Positions 1 to 11,510 of a stretch of DNA of 64,000 nucleotides are shown one piece after another (the first letter of the stretch is position 1; each line of letters begins with the position of its first letter). A model generated the notes under the pieces. The model was not told where the DNA came from and did no database searches. It worked only from the letters and a program-made list of their open reading frames with translations. The stretch spans positions 2,170,001 to 2,234,000 of the forward strand of contig JANHCV010000003.1 in the NCBI GenBank assembly GCA_025594325.1. The letters are read 5' to 3'. The translations under genes and the position numbers were made by a program. The stretch is from Blastocladiella emersonii ATCC 22665. Lineage: Eukaryota > Fungi > Blastocladiomycota.

Positions 1-1888
1 GGCTCGTGGCGCCTGGCGCAGCAGCAGTAGCGGGGGCGGCCGTCGATGGCGAGTGGTCCGTCGTCGTGCCCGCGGCCGCGACGCTGCCGAGCGAGGACGC
101 GGGCGGCCCGCTGGACCCACCATTCAACCGCGCAGTCGGCGTGTAGTCGAGGGTGAGCACAACGCCGCGCGAGTCGATGAGGCAGACCTGGCCGAGGTTC
201 GGGACCGATGCGACGGCGACGGGCTCGACGCCGGCGGGCAGGGCCTGGCGCTGGACGGCGACCTCGAGGTGGTCGATGACGAGGACCTGGCCGCGGTGGG
301 TGAGGAGGACGAGTGTGTGGTCGCTGACGATGACCATGCGGACGACCACGTCGTCGATGGGGAGCGGGAGCGGGACGCGCATGAGCTTGGCGTTCGGGTG
401 GGCGACGCTCTCGCGGATCGGGACCACGGTGAAGACGAGCTGCGTCGGCCTGCGCGCCACGAGGTACAGGAACAGACCGTCGCGGTTGCGGTGCAGGCAC
501 GCCGTGTCGCCCTTGATGGGCTGCGACCCGTCCTTTTCGACCGAGTACAGCTGGTGCATGGCGGCGGCGCCGCCGCCGCTCGGCGACGCGCGCCCGATCA
601 CCAGCATCCACTTGGGCTCGATCTCGTCGTCCACGTCAATGTGCACGATCCCGGACTCGGCAATGTCCTCGAACAGGTCAAAGATGGGCACGGGCGCAGG
701 GTCGCTCGCGCCGGGCGTCGGCGGGACGCTGATGGTCCACACGGCGTCGGCGGCCGCGACGACCAGCGTCAGCTCGCTGAGCCACCGGTAGTAGATGGGT
801 GGCGCGGTCAGGGAGACGCCGAGCAGCTTGAACCGGTTGTCGAGGTCAAACGCCTGCAGCGCCGTGTCGGAGCACGTCGCGAGCAGGTTGCGGTGCGGGT
901 GCAGCGCGAGGCTGTCGCCCGTCAGCGCCTTGCGCGTGCTGGCGGCGGGCGACAGGCGGTGGTCCTGGCGCAGCGGGATGATGAACAGCACGCGGTCCTT
1001 GAGCACGGCAATGGCGCGCGGCGACGGGAACGAGACGCGGTGCTGGCGGTTCGAGAGCTCGGCGAAGCCGGCGACCTGTAGAGGAAGATCGGTTAGCGCG
1101 CGAGTCGCATGGTGAGGATCTGGATAAGCCGCGCGTACCAGAAGGTTCTTGCGGATCGAGAGACCGGGCGACGCGATGGCGGGCGACTGGAGGTCGTTGA
1201 GCGGCACCCCGCCGCTGCTCCCGCCCCCGCTACCGTTGCTCGACATGGAGTTGGCCGTGACGGGCGAGTCGACGGGTGTCGTAGGCGACAGCAGGCCGCG
1301 CGCGGGGATCCGTTCGCGGTTGAGTCGTGGAGATGGCAGCGAGGCGGGCATGGACGTGGCGGCAGCCGCGGCGGTCGGAGCCATTACGGGCGATGGGGGG
1401 TCGGCGTGCTCCTGGTTCGGGCTGGACGGGCTCGAGGGTCCCGAGCTCCGAGGCGGGGTGACGCGCGGACTGCTCAGGCCCGAGCTGTTGTTGGCGTGGT
1501 ATGGCGACGCGGTCCACGCTGCGGGCGCCGGCGGCGGCGAGATCGGGCCGGGCATCGAGTCGCTCTGCAGCGACGCCGTCCGGTGCGGCTCATGTAGCGG
1601 CGGCGGCAGCGGCTCATGGTGCGACGCGGACGCCGAGGAGGAGCGCGGATCCGAGGACCCGGCGACATCCTGGAAGCTGTTGGTGCGCACACCGTCGGCA
1701 CCGCCCGAGCTGCCGTCGGACCCGATACGGTCCGAGGACGACGCGCGCGAGCCGAACGAGCGCGCGAGGAGCGGGCTCGAGGAGTGGGTCGGCGAGTGCG
1801 CGGCGGACGTTGGGCTGTGCGCGCTCAGCGCCGAGCGCAGGCTCGCGGCCTCGTGGCGCGGTGGGTAGTAGGGCCCGCTGCCGCTCAT
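1..1888 (-). CDS. Protein with a ~250-aa Ser/Pro-rich N-terminus followed by a divergent clathrin heavy chain terminal-domain-like beta-propeller; runs off the left window edge
   Basis: ATG at 1888 and a 63-nt GT-AG intron at 1076-1138, with no stop before the window edge. The translation KALTGDSLALHPHRNLLAT..LQAFDLDNRFKL..IYYRWLSELTLVVAAADAVWTIS..KWMLVIG..AMHQLYSVEKDGSQPIKG parallels clathrin RPISADSAIMNP..LQIFNIE..FWKWIS..KWLLLTG..AMQLYSVDRKVSQPIEG. Confidence 0.75.
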   Translation of the reverse strand, partial: MSGSGPYYPPRHEAASLRSALSAHSPTSAAHSPTHSSSPLLARSFGSRASSSDRIGSDGSSGGADGVRTNSFQDVAGSSDPRSSSASASHHEPLPPPLHEPHRTASLQSDSMPGPISPPPAPAAWTASPYHANNSSGLSSPRVTPPRSSGPSSPSSPNQEHADPPSPVMAPTAAAAATSMPASLPSPRLNRERIPARGLLSPTTPVDSPVTANSMSSNGSGGGSSGGVPLNDLQSPAIASPGLSIRKNLLVRAAYPDPHHATRALTDLPLQVAGFAELSNRQHRVSFPSPRAIAVLKDRVLFIIPLRQDHRLSPAASTRKALTGDSLALHPHRNLLATCSDTALQAFDLDNRFKLLGVSLTAPPIYYRWLSELTLVVAAADAVWTISVPPTPGASDPAPVPIFDLFEDIAESGIVHIDVDDEIEPKWMLVIGRASPSGGGAAAMHQLYSVEKDGSQPIKGDTACLHRNRDGLFLYLVARRPTQLVFTVVPIRESVAHPNAKLMRVPLPLPIDDVVVRMVIVSDHTLVLLTHRGQVLVIDHLEVAVQRQALPAGVEPVAVASVPNLGQVCLIDSRGVVLTLDYTPTARLNGGSSGPPASSLGSVAAAGTTTDHSPSTAAPATAAAPGATS

Positions 1889-2497
1889 GGTGTCAATCCA
1901 GGGCGGGAGTAGGAGGGAAGAGATAAGCGTAGGTCGGCTGTAGCGATCCGGTAGGTTGGGTCAAGCGCGGTGGGAGAAGATGCATGGGCCGGCCGCGCGG
2001 GGCGGGGCGGGGCGAGCTCGGCGGAATCGCGGCGGTCGCGCGGGCCGGCGGTAGGCCAGAGTGTGCGGCGTCGCCACAGTCGATGGCGGCGATGAAGGGG
2101 CGGTGGCTTGGCCGGGATGAGCAATGCCTGCGGGCGCGCGCGACAGGTGGCCCGCGCATGAACGCGTCGGCCTGCCACGCGCGTCAGCGGTCACGCCGGT
2201 GGCGCTTCCGACCTTCTCCTCCTCCCCTCCTTCCGTGCCGAAGTCCCCGTCCCGCGCTCGGTCGGCCGGATACATGCCGTGGTCGCTACAAATACTCCGC
2301 GCCGTGATGGCTGGCGCGCCGTCGCGGCCATCGCAGCAGCGTGAGGCGAGGAGTGGGACGGCGGGCGACCCGTCGGTTGATCCGAGCAGCAGCAACGGCG
2401 AGCAACACCAAACAGCCGCGCCCGTTCGCCGGCCTTCCTCTCTCTCCCCCCGCTGCCCTCGCACGCACCACGAAACTCTATACGATACAGTAAACCA

Positions 2498-4222
2498 TGT
2501 CAGTCGCCGTGTCGCGCACGCGCGCGCTGTATGCGCAGCTCGCCTATGCACTCACCGAGATCGCCAACCTCGCCCACGCCAACGCGCTCATGGGCTGGGA
2601 CCAGCAGGTCCTGCTCCCGTCGGCCGACGGCGCCACCGAGGCCCGCGGCAAGGCCATGGCCACGCTCGCCGGCGTCGTCCACCAGAAGGCCACCGACCCG
2701 GCCCTCGGCGCCGTCCTCGCCGAGCTCCAGACGCTCGACCTGTCCGAGCTGAACCCCTACGAGCGGTGCGCTCAACTCTTGCTACGATCCTACGCGAACG
2801 CTGCTGACGTGCCGTATCCGTGTAGCGCCAACGTCCGCCTCGCCGCCCGCGACTTTGGCAAGAACGTCAAGCTGCCCGAGTCGTTCGTGCGCGAGATGCG
2901 CGAGCACTCGACGCTGTCGCACATGGAGTGGGTCAAGGCCCGCAAGGCCGACGATTTCGCCTCGTTCGCGCCCGTCCTGTCCAAGACCTTTGACTTTGCC
3001 CGCCGCTACGCCCAGCTCATCTCGCCCGAGCGCGCCGCCTACGACACGCTCGTCTCCGAGTACGAGCGCAACCTGCCCGCCGCTCGCATCGCCGAGATCT
3101 TCTCGCAGGTCCGCGAGCAGCTCGTCCCCATGATCCACGCCATCAACTCGGCCGACCACCCCGACAGCGCCTGGCTCAACGAGATCCACTGGGACGTGAC
3201 CAAGCAGGAGGAGCTGTGCAAGTACGTCGCTGAGAAGCTCGGGTTCGACTTTGTACGTCTTCTCGCTCGCGCGCCGGTGCTCGGGATCCGCAGGCTCACT
3301 CGTCGTCCGACCGCATAGACCCGCGGCCGCCTCGACGTCTCGGTCCACCCCTTCACCTCGGGCACCGGCCCCTTTGACGTCCGCATCACCACCCGCTACT
3401 CGCCCGACAACTTTGCCGAGGGCATCCTCGGGTACGCCCTTTCTCGCGCGGCCCATGCGACTCACTCCGGACTGACACCCGCCCCCTCCATCCAGCAATG
3501 TGCACGAGGTCGGCCACGGCCTCGCCGAGATGGGCGTCAACACCGACTACATGGGCCTGCCCGCGTCCGAGATCCTGTCGCTCGGCGTGCACGAGTCGCA
3601 GTCGCTGTTCTGGGAGAACTTCATTGGCCGCAGCCTGCCCTTCTGGGAGTGGCTGTTCCCCAAGGTCAAGGAGCTGTTCCCGTCGATCCCCGCCGACAAG
3701 ACGGCCAAGGACCTGTACACGGCGCTCAACGTGGCGCGCCCGGGCCTGATCCGCGTCGACTCGGACGAGGTGCACTACCCGATGCACGTGATCCTGCGCT
3801 GGGAGCTCGAGACGGAGCTGCTCGCCGGCCGCGTCGCCATCGCCGACCTGCCGAAGCTCTGGGACGACCGCATGGAGTCGTACGTCGGCGCCCGCCCGCC
3901 CTCCGCAAAGGACGGCGTCCTCCAGGACGTGCACTGGGCCGAGGGCCTCGTCGGCTACTTCCCGACCTACCTCGTCGGCCAGATCATCGCCGCGCAGTGG
4001 AACAACGCCCTGCGGCAACGGTTTGACCTCGACGACCTCGTCCGCCGCGGCGAGTTCGCGCCCATCCTTGACTGGCTCCGCGAGAACGTCCACCGCAAGG
4101 GCTCCGTCCCCGAGTCCTCGGACGCGCTCGTCCGCGAGGCCCTCGGCGAGGGCATCAACCCCAAGTACCTCATCGACCACCTCAAGGCCAAGTACTCGGC
4201 CTTGTACAGCCTCGAGCTCTAA
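2498..4222 (+). CDS. M32 family metallocarboxypeptidase (carboxypeptidase Taq-like), 4 exons
   Basis: Motifs LMGWDQQV, RGRLDVSVHPF, zinc-binding HEVGH, HESQS, IRVDSDEVHYPMH, LQDVHW and GYFPTY. GT-AG introns at 2766-2825, 3253-3318 and 3432-3495 restore one reading frame. Confidence 0.93.
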
Positions 4223-4313
4223 GTGCGCAGCCGCGCGCCGCGTGTGTCGGGCAGTTTTGAACTCGCACCTGTGCAATTCTCCATCGTCTGCATGTATCCA
4301 TTCACTCTTTCAT

Positions 4314-7300
4314 TCATTCCGCTATGCCTCGTATCGCGTGATGGCCCCGCGCCGGTGGCGGCCCGCCAAGACCCGCGCCAAACGCGGCTGCCGCTGCCCC
4401 ACCGCCATGCCCGTGGTGCTGCCACCCCTTGTTGCCGCCGCGGCCCGCGCTCGACCTCGTCGCCGACACGTTCCGCCCGTTCGTGGGCGTCGTGCTGCGC
4501 GACAAGCGCATCGCGGACCCGGCGCGCGAGTGCATCCCGCGCGGCGCGGCGGACGCGGACCGGCCGCGCCCCTTAGCGTCCGCGCCCGCGACCGCATCCG
4601 GCTCCTCGAGCCCCAGGATCGTGACCATATCGTCGAGCCGCGCGGTCTGCATGCTCATCCACTCGTCGAGCTCGGCCCAGGCTCGCTCGCGTCCGGCCCA
4701 CGCGTCGACCTTATCGCCGACCCACGCGTTGGACTGCTTCTCGAGCCGCATCCCGAGCCGCTCGTAGTCGGCGCGCGACCGGCGCTCGCCGTCGTACCGC
4801 GCGCGCAGGTCGTCGACGGCCATTTCGAGGAGCGAGCGCGCGGCCGATTCCTCGAGCAGCGCGTCGCGCGTGCGCGCGAGGTCGCGCTTCGACTTGGCGT
4901 GCGCCGCGAGCGCCTGCTCGTGCGTCAGCGTCAGCCCGCGGTACTGGTCGCGCAGGTTTGCGAGTGACGCCTCGAGGTGCCGCCGCGCGTCGTCGTGCTG
5001 CGCGTTCTGACGCGCCCAGTCGCCCATGGCCGTCGCCAGCTGCGTCTCGAGCGACTCGATCCGCTGTTCGAGGACTTCAATCGCGTCGCGCTGCTCGGCC
5101 GCGGTCGCGCGTTCGGCGGCCACGTCGGCTTCGAGCTGGTCCCGCGTCACCTCGAGCTCGGCAATCCGCTCGCGCGCTGCGGCCAGGTCGGCCTCGCGCG
5201 CCGCAATCGTAGCGCGCGCCGTGGCATGCCCGCGGTCGAGCTCCTCGTGCGTGGCTTTGAGGGTGCGGTGATTTCCGGCGAGCGTCGTGTACTGGGACGT
5301 GAGCTTGGCGAGTGCATCCTGCAGCGATTGGATGTTGGCGTTGAGGTTGTTGATCTCCTCGGCCTTGGCGTTGGCCCACTCCTCCATCTTGACCTCGAGG
5401 TCCTCGTACGCGACCTTCTTCTCGATGAGGTCGCGGCGCGCCTTGGACAGCGTCTCCATGAGCTCCTTCTTGTCGCTGGTCAGGTTGGTCTTGGCGGCGG
5501 CGAGCGCCGTGATCTGGTTCTCGTACTCGTCGCGGGCCGTGGTCGTGGCGACGCGCAGCGTCTTGACCTCAGTGTCGAGCGCGTTGGCGCGCGTGCGCTC
5601 GCGCTCGAGCGCGGACCGCAGGTCGTTGACCTGCACCTGCAGGCGCTCGCGGTGGTCGGTCACCTTGGCCAGGTCCGCGGTCATGCTCGCCGACCCCTGC
5701 GTCGCCGTCTCGATCTGCGACCGCAGCGCGACCGTGTCCGTGTCGTAGGCGTGCTGGACCTTGGCGAGGTTCCCCTCGAGGTCCGATTTCGCGGACCGCA
5801 GCTCGATCACGTTGCCGCGCAGCTTCTCGCTCTCGGCCTTGAGCCGCGCCACGATGCCCTCGACCTGCGCCTTGGCGCCCGTCATCTCCTCGAGCTTCTT
5901 GGTGAGCATGTGCACCTCGACGAGCCGCGCCGCCCGGGTCTCTGCGTGGCTGCGCTTCTCGTCGGTGAGCGCGTCCTGCACGCTCTTCAGGGACGCGAGC
6001 GCCTCCTCGTGGCTGGCCGTGAGCTGGAGATGCTTGGCGTCGAGCTCGGCGAAACGCTCGTTGATCTCGTCGTAGTTGCGCTGCAGGACGTGCCGCGCGT
6101 CGCCCGTCTCGTTGAACTGCGCGATCACCGCAGCGAGCTCGAACTCGAGCTGCCGCGACCGCTCCTGCGCCGCGATCAGCGAACGCGACGTCGTGTCAAA
6201 GTCGCGCGACATGCGGTCCAGGTGCTGCCCCAGCACCTCGGCCCGCGAGCGTGCGGCGCCCGACCCCTCGACCGCCTCGCGCTCGAGACGCTCGATCGTC
6301 GTGTTCATCTCCAGGTACTCGCGGTACGCGTCGTGCAGCTGGTCCTGTTGCTCCCGCAGCGACGCGTCGCGCGCGGCGATGGTCGCGTCGCGTGCCGCGA
6401 TCTCGGTCCGCGCGGACTCGAGGTTTTGGCTCATCTACTCGGGTTGGTCGGGGTCAGTGGTTACTGTAACCGAGTCGCGGCGGCGAAAAGTACCTTGGCC
6501 TTCTCCTCCTCGGCGTGAATGTACATGACCATGAGCGCGGCGACCTGCTCCTTGAGATCCTCGACGTCGCGAACGAGCCGTCCCGCCTCGCGCTTCTGCC
6601 ACTCCTCGGCCGTCGTCGCGTACCCGAGCGTCCGCTTCAGCGCGTGCTGGAGCGCGCCGACCTGCGCCGCGACGCGCTGCGCCTTGGCCTGCTCGCCCGC
6701 GAGGTTCGCCCGGAGCGCGTGGATCTCCTTGTCCTTGAGCGCAACGCCGAACCGCCGCAGCAGCGCGTCGCGCCTTCTCGCCCGTGCCGCCGCCGCGTCC
6801 GCGTGCACCGCGACCACCGGGTCCGCGTACACGACGGCCTCGGTGCCCGGCGTCATGAGCAGGCGGCCCGGACTCGGCGCGCGCAGCGTGGCCAGCGCCG
6901 TGGGGACAGGGGAGCCCGCGATCGCGTCTTTTGCCGTGTTCACGGCGTGCGGCGACGGCAGGAGGACCGGATCAGCGGATGCGTCGAAGCAGTGCGCGTA
7001 CACCTGGTGCAGCAGGTCGCGGCAGCACCCGCACACGCCCGTGAACGTTGCCGCGGCGTGCTGCGGGGACGCCGCGCGGACGAGTTCCGTGGACTCGGCA
7101 CCATCACCGCCGCCCAACGAGTCCTCGGACCCCGTGCGCCGGTGAGCCGAGATCACCGGCGCGGGCGTGCCTGCGGGCTGTGCGGGGAACGCTGCCGACC
7201 CACCGCGCGGGCCCGGCGGCGGCGCCACGGCCAGGTTGCGCCGCGTGTCTGGGTGCGCCCGCGCGGAGAGCGTGTCATGCGCCGGGCGGCGGGCTTCGGG

Positions 7301-7453
7301 GCCGATGCCCACGGCGATGAGCGGGTTGACGCCGCCGGCGGTCGCGCGCGGTATTGGCGGGAGGGCTCCTGCTGCCGCCGCGGCCGTGGAGGTGGTGGCG
7401 GGTTTGGGTGATGGGGTGCCTCTGCTCGGCGACATGGCGTTCATGCGTTGCAA
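4314..7453 (-). CDS. Long coiled-coil protein (~1026 aa; myosin-tail/centrosomal-like), 2 exons
   Basis: ORFs 6461-7453 and 4314-6434 are joined in phase 0 by a 59-nt intron at 6435-6493 (GTACTT...TAG). The product has an extended heptad-rich E/L/A/R/K sequence. Confidence 0.75.
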
Positions 7454-7546
7454 GTGGTTGTTGCGGGTGGATTCATTTAGTTGGCGGGTACATGTGAGCG
7501 TGACGACGTTGCGAAGTGCATGTGCGAGACGGGGATGATTGGCGCG

Positions 7547-7606
7547 ACGCGTCGCGAAATCACGCGAGTTCGGGGTGACGCGTGTCTCCCGCGGTGCGAG
7601 ACGCGT
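7547..7606. promoter_or_regulatory. Cluster of MCB-like (ACGCGT x3) and SCB/E2F-like (CGCGAAA) boxes upstream of the coiled-coil gene
   Basis: ACGCGT at 7547, 7578 and 7601; CGCGAAA at 7553-7559; about 100-150 nt upstream of the 7453 start. Confidence 0.4.
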
Positions 7607-8027
7607 CTCCGATCAACGCGGCAATCACTCAGCAACTCTCGCGACGCACTGCAAGGTCGTTTACACGGATGAAGGTTAGAATGCAAACATGTTTAAACAC
7701 ACAACATTTCCGGGTCGTTTACGGGAGGAACACCGCCGCGGTCGAACGGATCTTGGCGAGGCCCTGTGTCGACAGCAACCTGGCCACCAACTGTACTAGT
7801 TACAGGTGGCTCAGAATCACTCGAGACGTGAGTGCCGGCGACAACTGGCACAGGAGATCCAAGCTCCGCAGTGATTTTGATGACCGCAGCGTTTGGCGCA
7901 AGTGATCCAAGCTCAGCAGAAACGTGCGAGACAGCGCCGCTCGATGTAAGTGTTCCGGGCTCGGGAGCAACTTGAGAGCTGGCGGCGAGTGGGGACACGA
8001 CAGAATCCTTCGAATCGCGAGCAGAAA

Positions 8028-8735
8028 CTAAGGTGGCCTCGATGGGCGATTCAGTAGAGGAGAGCTCGACGCGGGCGAAGCTGATGCGGCAACGAACGTC
8101 GTAGAAGTGCTGGAATCGGCGAGCGACTTCACCTTTGGCGCAGACGACAACAACGGAGCAATGGGCTTCTGTTGCATGCTTGCAAACAAGGCCCTGACCC
8201 CCGCAACACGCCGCGCTTTCTCCTCAGGATCCAGCACGATGGGTTGGAACTTGGGCTTCGCGACGAGGAGAGGTGCCGGTGCGGTCTTAGCCAGTCCGAC
8301 CGGTTCGCGGAGATGACGCTTTGTGACCTTGGGCTGCGCAGTCGCGGCTGGAGCGGTGACGGGAAAGGCCTTAACACTTGGCCCAACCTTGAGCGCGGCT
8401 AGCAAGACAGGTAGAATCGACTCAAGAGTGTTGACGACTATAGTAAGGAGAGCAGCAGGTGCACAATCCTTGCCTGCGAGCATGAGAGCCACGCCTGCAG
8501 CGGGAAGCTTCACGGTCAGTGCTTGGGTGAGCTTTTTGAGACGATTCAAATCTGCCGTTTTTGCCGCGAAGAGGAACTCGGGCTGAACGACCACTTTCTG
8601 TTGGGCCTGGGTCGCGCGGACGGAGCGCAGCGGCCGAGCTTGACCTGAGGGATGTTTCGCCGTTGAGGACGGCGTGGTGGTGGTTGGCGCGGTGGCCATG
8701 GAGGTTTTACTCGAGGTAGATGGTATGGAATGCAT
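8028..8735 (-). CDS. Possible orphan protein, 235 aa, Ala/Pro/Lys/Ser-rich
   Basis: ATG-initiated ORF in a lower-GC intergenic stretch, with protein-like composition but no recognisable motif. Confidence 0.35.
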   Translation of the reverse strand: MHSIPSTSSKTSMATAPTTTTPSSTAKHPSGQARPLRSVRATQAQQKVVVQPEFLFAAKTADLNRLKKLTQALTVKLPAAGVALMLAGKDCAPAALLTIVVNTLESILPVLLAALKVGPSVKAFPVTAPAATAQPKVTKRHLREPVGLAKTAPAPLLVAKPKFQPIVLDPEEKARRVAGVRALFASMQQKPIAPLLSSAPKVKSLADSSTSTTFVAASASPASSSPLLNRPSRPP

Positions 8736-8913
8736 GATGATGAACGTCGCAAGAGTTGATGGAGGAGGGTTTCTGGAGAGGACTCGTGGTGCTAGTTGTC
8801 ATGGAGCGGGGCAGCGGGCGAGGGGATTGTTGGCTTGGTCTGTTCGTCACATGCGTTCGTGCGGGGTATCGACAACTGACCGACTGGAAGGCTCACTCGC
8901 CTTCAATGAAAGG

Positions 8914-8941
8914 GTCGCAAGTCGCAAGTCGCAAGTCGCAA
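8914..8941. repeat. Heptanucleotide tandem repeat (GTCGCAA)x4
   Basis: Four perfect copies read directly from the sequence. Confidence 0.9.
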
Positions 8942-9326
8942 CTTGAATGCCCAACACATGCGTATTTCGCTGCTTCTCCCCGGCGTGCTCGATGGTCAGT
9001 GGCAAGATAGTCGCGACAAGGTTTGAATCAAACGGGAGAAACATCACTCGTTCGCGTTTCGTGTGTAGGGTCACCCATCTCAGTTGGGTGCGACAAGGGG
9101 TGGCGCGACGTTAGAGGAGCAAACGCGAGCTAGGGTGACGCGAGCCGGAGACCGATGAACGACGCGTCGCGAAATGGCGTGAGCGCGGCGTGACTGATCG
9201 CTATCTCGAACGCTACGCGAGACACTCGAGGCCACCTCGTCCTCTCCGCGGCGAGAACCAACGTTTAAGCAATAAATCTCGGGTACATGTGTGCAATAGA
9301 AATCAACAAACTCCACTACCAACAGC

Positions 9327-11510
9327 TCACGACGCCTCCTCGGCCGCGTTCTCAGCCTCGGCCTCGGCCTCAGCCTGCGCCTCCTCGCGGACGCCGCGCG
9401 GCGCCTCGATGTCGATGACCTGGTACTTGGCGGGCGCGGCGGCCGCCTCGGCCTCAGCGGCATCAGCGCCAGCGGCCATCCGCTGCTTCTTGGACCACCG
9501 GTCGAGCTTGACGCGGAACGTGCGCGACGTGTCGTGGCCGGCCCAGTGGGTCGACGTGGTGACGGCGGACAGGCAGAGGTTGAAGGTAGCCGCCATCCGC
9601 GGGCCGCGCATGGCGATGCGGAACGTGACCTCGCCCGTCTCGTCGTCGCGCGCGGTGAGGAGACGCGGGTCGTCGAACGGGATCAGGGCGCCGTTGAGGA
9701 TGGGCGCGCGCGCGGCGCCGCCCGACTGCTCTGACAGGAACAGCCAGATGCCGCTGCGCTTGATCTCGGGGAAGTACGGCGCGTGCACGTACGCGGGCGG
9801 GATCTCGCGCGTCAGGACCGCGGGCGGCGTCGCAGACGCGGCGCGGTCGTCGTCAGCAACCTCGGCGGCGGCGGCGGGGGTCGGCGACTTCTTGCCCTCC
9901 TTGGCGGCCTTGCGCTTGGCGGCACCCGTGAGCTTGGGCGACGCAGTGGCGGCCGCCGCGGCGGTCGTGGTGGTCGAAGGCGCGGTGCCCGCAGCCTCGC
10001 GGGCGGCCTGGTCGCGGACCGTGGTGACGATCATTTTGGCGGTGCAGGCGATGACGCCCGAGTCGGCGTGCGCGGTAGTCTCATTACCGGGAGTCGCGCC
10101 CGACGTCACGTCGCCGAACGAGGCGCCCGTGATGGCGAGGTACGGCGCATCGCCGGCGGCGGTCCACACCTCGTCGATCTCCTCCTCGGACAGATCCTTG
10201 GCGAGGGTCTTGGCGAGGGCGTCGCGGCCGCGGCGGACGAGCGACAGGATCGAGACGGCGGACCCGCCGAGCTTGGCGACCATGGCGGGGGTCAGGTGCG
10301 GGAGGGCGAGGAGCGGGGCGTCGGTGGGCTTGGCGGCGGAGATGATGGCGCGCTGGGCGGCGACGCACGCGAGCGCGTCGGCGAGGCGGCCGCGCTGCAG
10401 GGCGAGGGCGACCATGGCCTCGGACACCTTGTCGCAGGTCGAGACAAACTCGGGGTCGACGGGGCCGGCGCGGTGCAGGTGCGCGTGCAGGGCGGTGGAA
10501 GCGGGGGTGGTGGACTTCTCGCCAAACGAGGCCGACTTGGGGACCGCGCGGGCGGTCTCGGCGGGGACGGCGTAGTCGGGGTGGTGGGCGCGGGCCGTGG
10601 AGGCGATCATGGCAAAGGCGCGGTCGACGGTGACGGGCGGGGAGTCCTTGGGGTCCTTGGCGCCGGCGGTCGGGCCCTTGAAGGACAGGGCGAGCTTCTC
10701 GAGCGGGCCGCGCATCAGGCCGTTCTCGAGCTTCTGGGAGTCGGAGGCGGGGCTGCCGGCGAGGCCGCCGAGATAGAAGACGCGGTAGAGGCCGTAGCCG
10801 ATGGCGGCGAGCAGGGCGAGGTAGGCGACCACGACAAACGTGGCGTTGGTCATCCACGGCGGGAGGGCGATGCCGAACGAGGTGGCCTGCGGGCCGTCGG
10901 GCGAGCCGTACTTTTCAAAGTTGGCCATGGCCTTGGCGTCGGTGAGCACCTTGTAGGCCTTGGAGATCTCGGTGAACTTGGCCTCGGCGGCCTTGCGCAG
11001 GCCCGCGGCGACCTTGTCGGGGTGCTCGGCGAGCGACAGGGCGCGGTACGCGGCGCGAATCGCCTTCTTGGAGGCGCCCTCGGCGACGCCCAGCACGGCG
11101 TACGGGTCCCACAGCTGGACCACGGTGCGGCCCGTGGCGATCTTGTAGACGACGAGCAGCAGCGCCGACCACAGCGCGCCGATCGCGAAGTTGGCGACCG
11201 AGAAGGTGCCGAGCCACGTGTTGACGGCCTTGCGCACCGACGAGGCGGCGGCGGGGTCGGCGGGCGCCACGGCGCGGGCGAGGAAGTTGGGCGCGGCGGC
11301 CTCGGCGCGCGCGGCGCGCGACCGCGCACACGTCTTGCACGGGCACTTGGGCAGGTCGGTCGCGTCCTTGGCGGCGCGGCGGGCCGCCGGCTGCTCGTGC
11401 GCGGGCGGGCGCGACGCCACGTAGTAGGTCGCGGGCACCACCGTCAGCACGAGGAACGTCAGCAGCACATAGTACGAGTCGGCCGTCGAGTACTCGTAGC
11501 GGAGCGCCAT
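9327..11510 (-). CDS. SEC63: ER translocation protein Sec63 (TM segments, lumenal J-domain, Sec63/Brl domain)
   Basis: N-terminus MALRYEYS..YYVLLTFL, J-domain DPYAVLGV..YRALSLAEHPDK, then NFEKYGSPDGPQATSFGIALP followed by a TM helix, and a C-terminal WAGHD motif. Confidence 0.92.
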   Translation of the reverse strand: MALRYEYSTADSYYVLLTFLVLTVVPATYYVASRPPAHEQPAARRAAKDATDLPKCPCKTCARSRAARAEAAAPNFLARAVAPADPAAASSVRKAVNTWLGTFSVANFAIGALWSALLLVVYKIATGRTVVQLWDPYAVLGVAEGASKKAIRAAYRALSLAEHPDKVAAGLRKAAEAKFTEISKAYKVLTDAKAMANFEKYGSPDGPQATSFGIALPPWMTNATFVVVAYLALLAAIGYGLYRVFYLGGLAGSPASDSQKLENGLMRGPLEKLALSFKGPTAGAKDPKDSPPVTVDRAFAMIASTARAHHPDYAVPAETARAVPKSASFGEKSTTPASTALHAHLHRAGPVDPEFVSTCDKVSEAMVALALQRGRLADALACVAAQRAIISAAKPTDAPLLALPHLTPAMVAKLGGSAVSILSLVRRGRDALAKTLAKDLSEEEIDEVWTAAGDAPYLAITGASFGDVTSGATPGNETTAHADSGVIACTAKMIVTTVRDQAAREAAGTAPSTTTTAAAAATASPKLTGAAKRKAAKEGKKSPTPAAAAEVADDDRAASATPPAVLTREIPPAYVHAPYFPEIKRSGIWLFLSEQSGGAARAPILNGALIPFDDPRLLTARDDETGEVTFRIAMRGPRMAATFNLCLSAVTTSTHWAGHDTSRTFRVKLDRWSKKQRMAAGADAAEAEAAAAPAKYQVIDIEAPRGVREEAQAEAEAEAENAAEEAS

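Noticed and set aside
53-1081. 342-aa plus-strand ORF and many similar long Arg/Gly/Ala-rich ORFs (e.g. 9783-11744, 28217-30910, 55702-57450)
   Set aside because: These are antisense or shifted-frame shadows of real genes, caused by high GC3 and few stop codons; they have no protein-like motifs.
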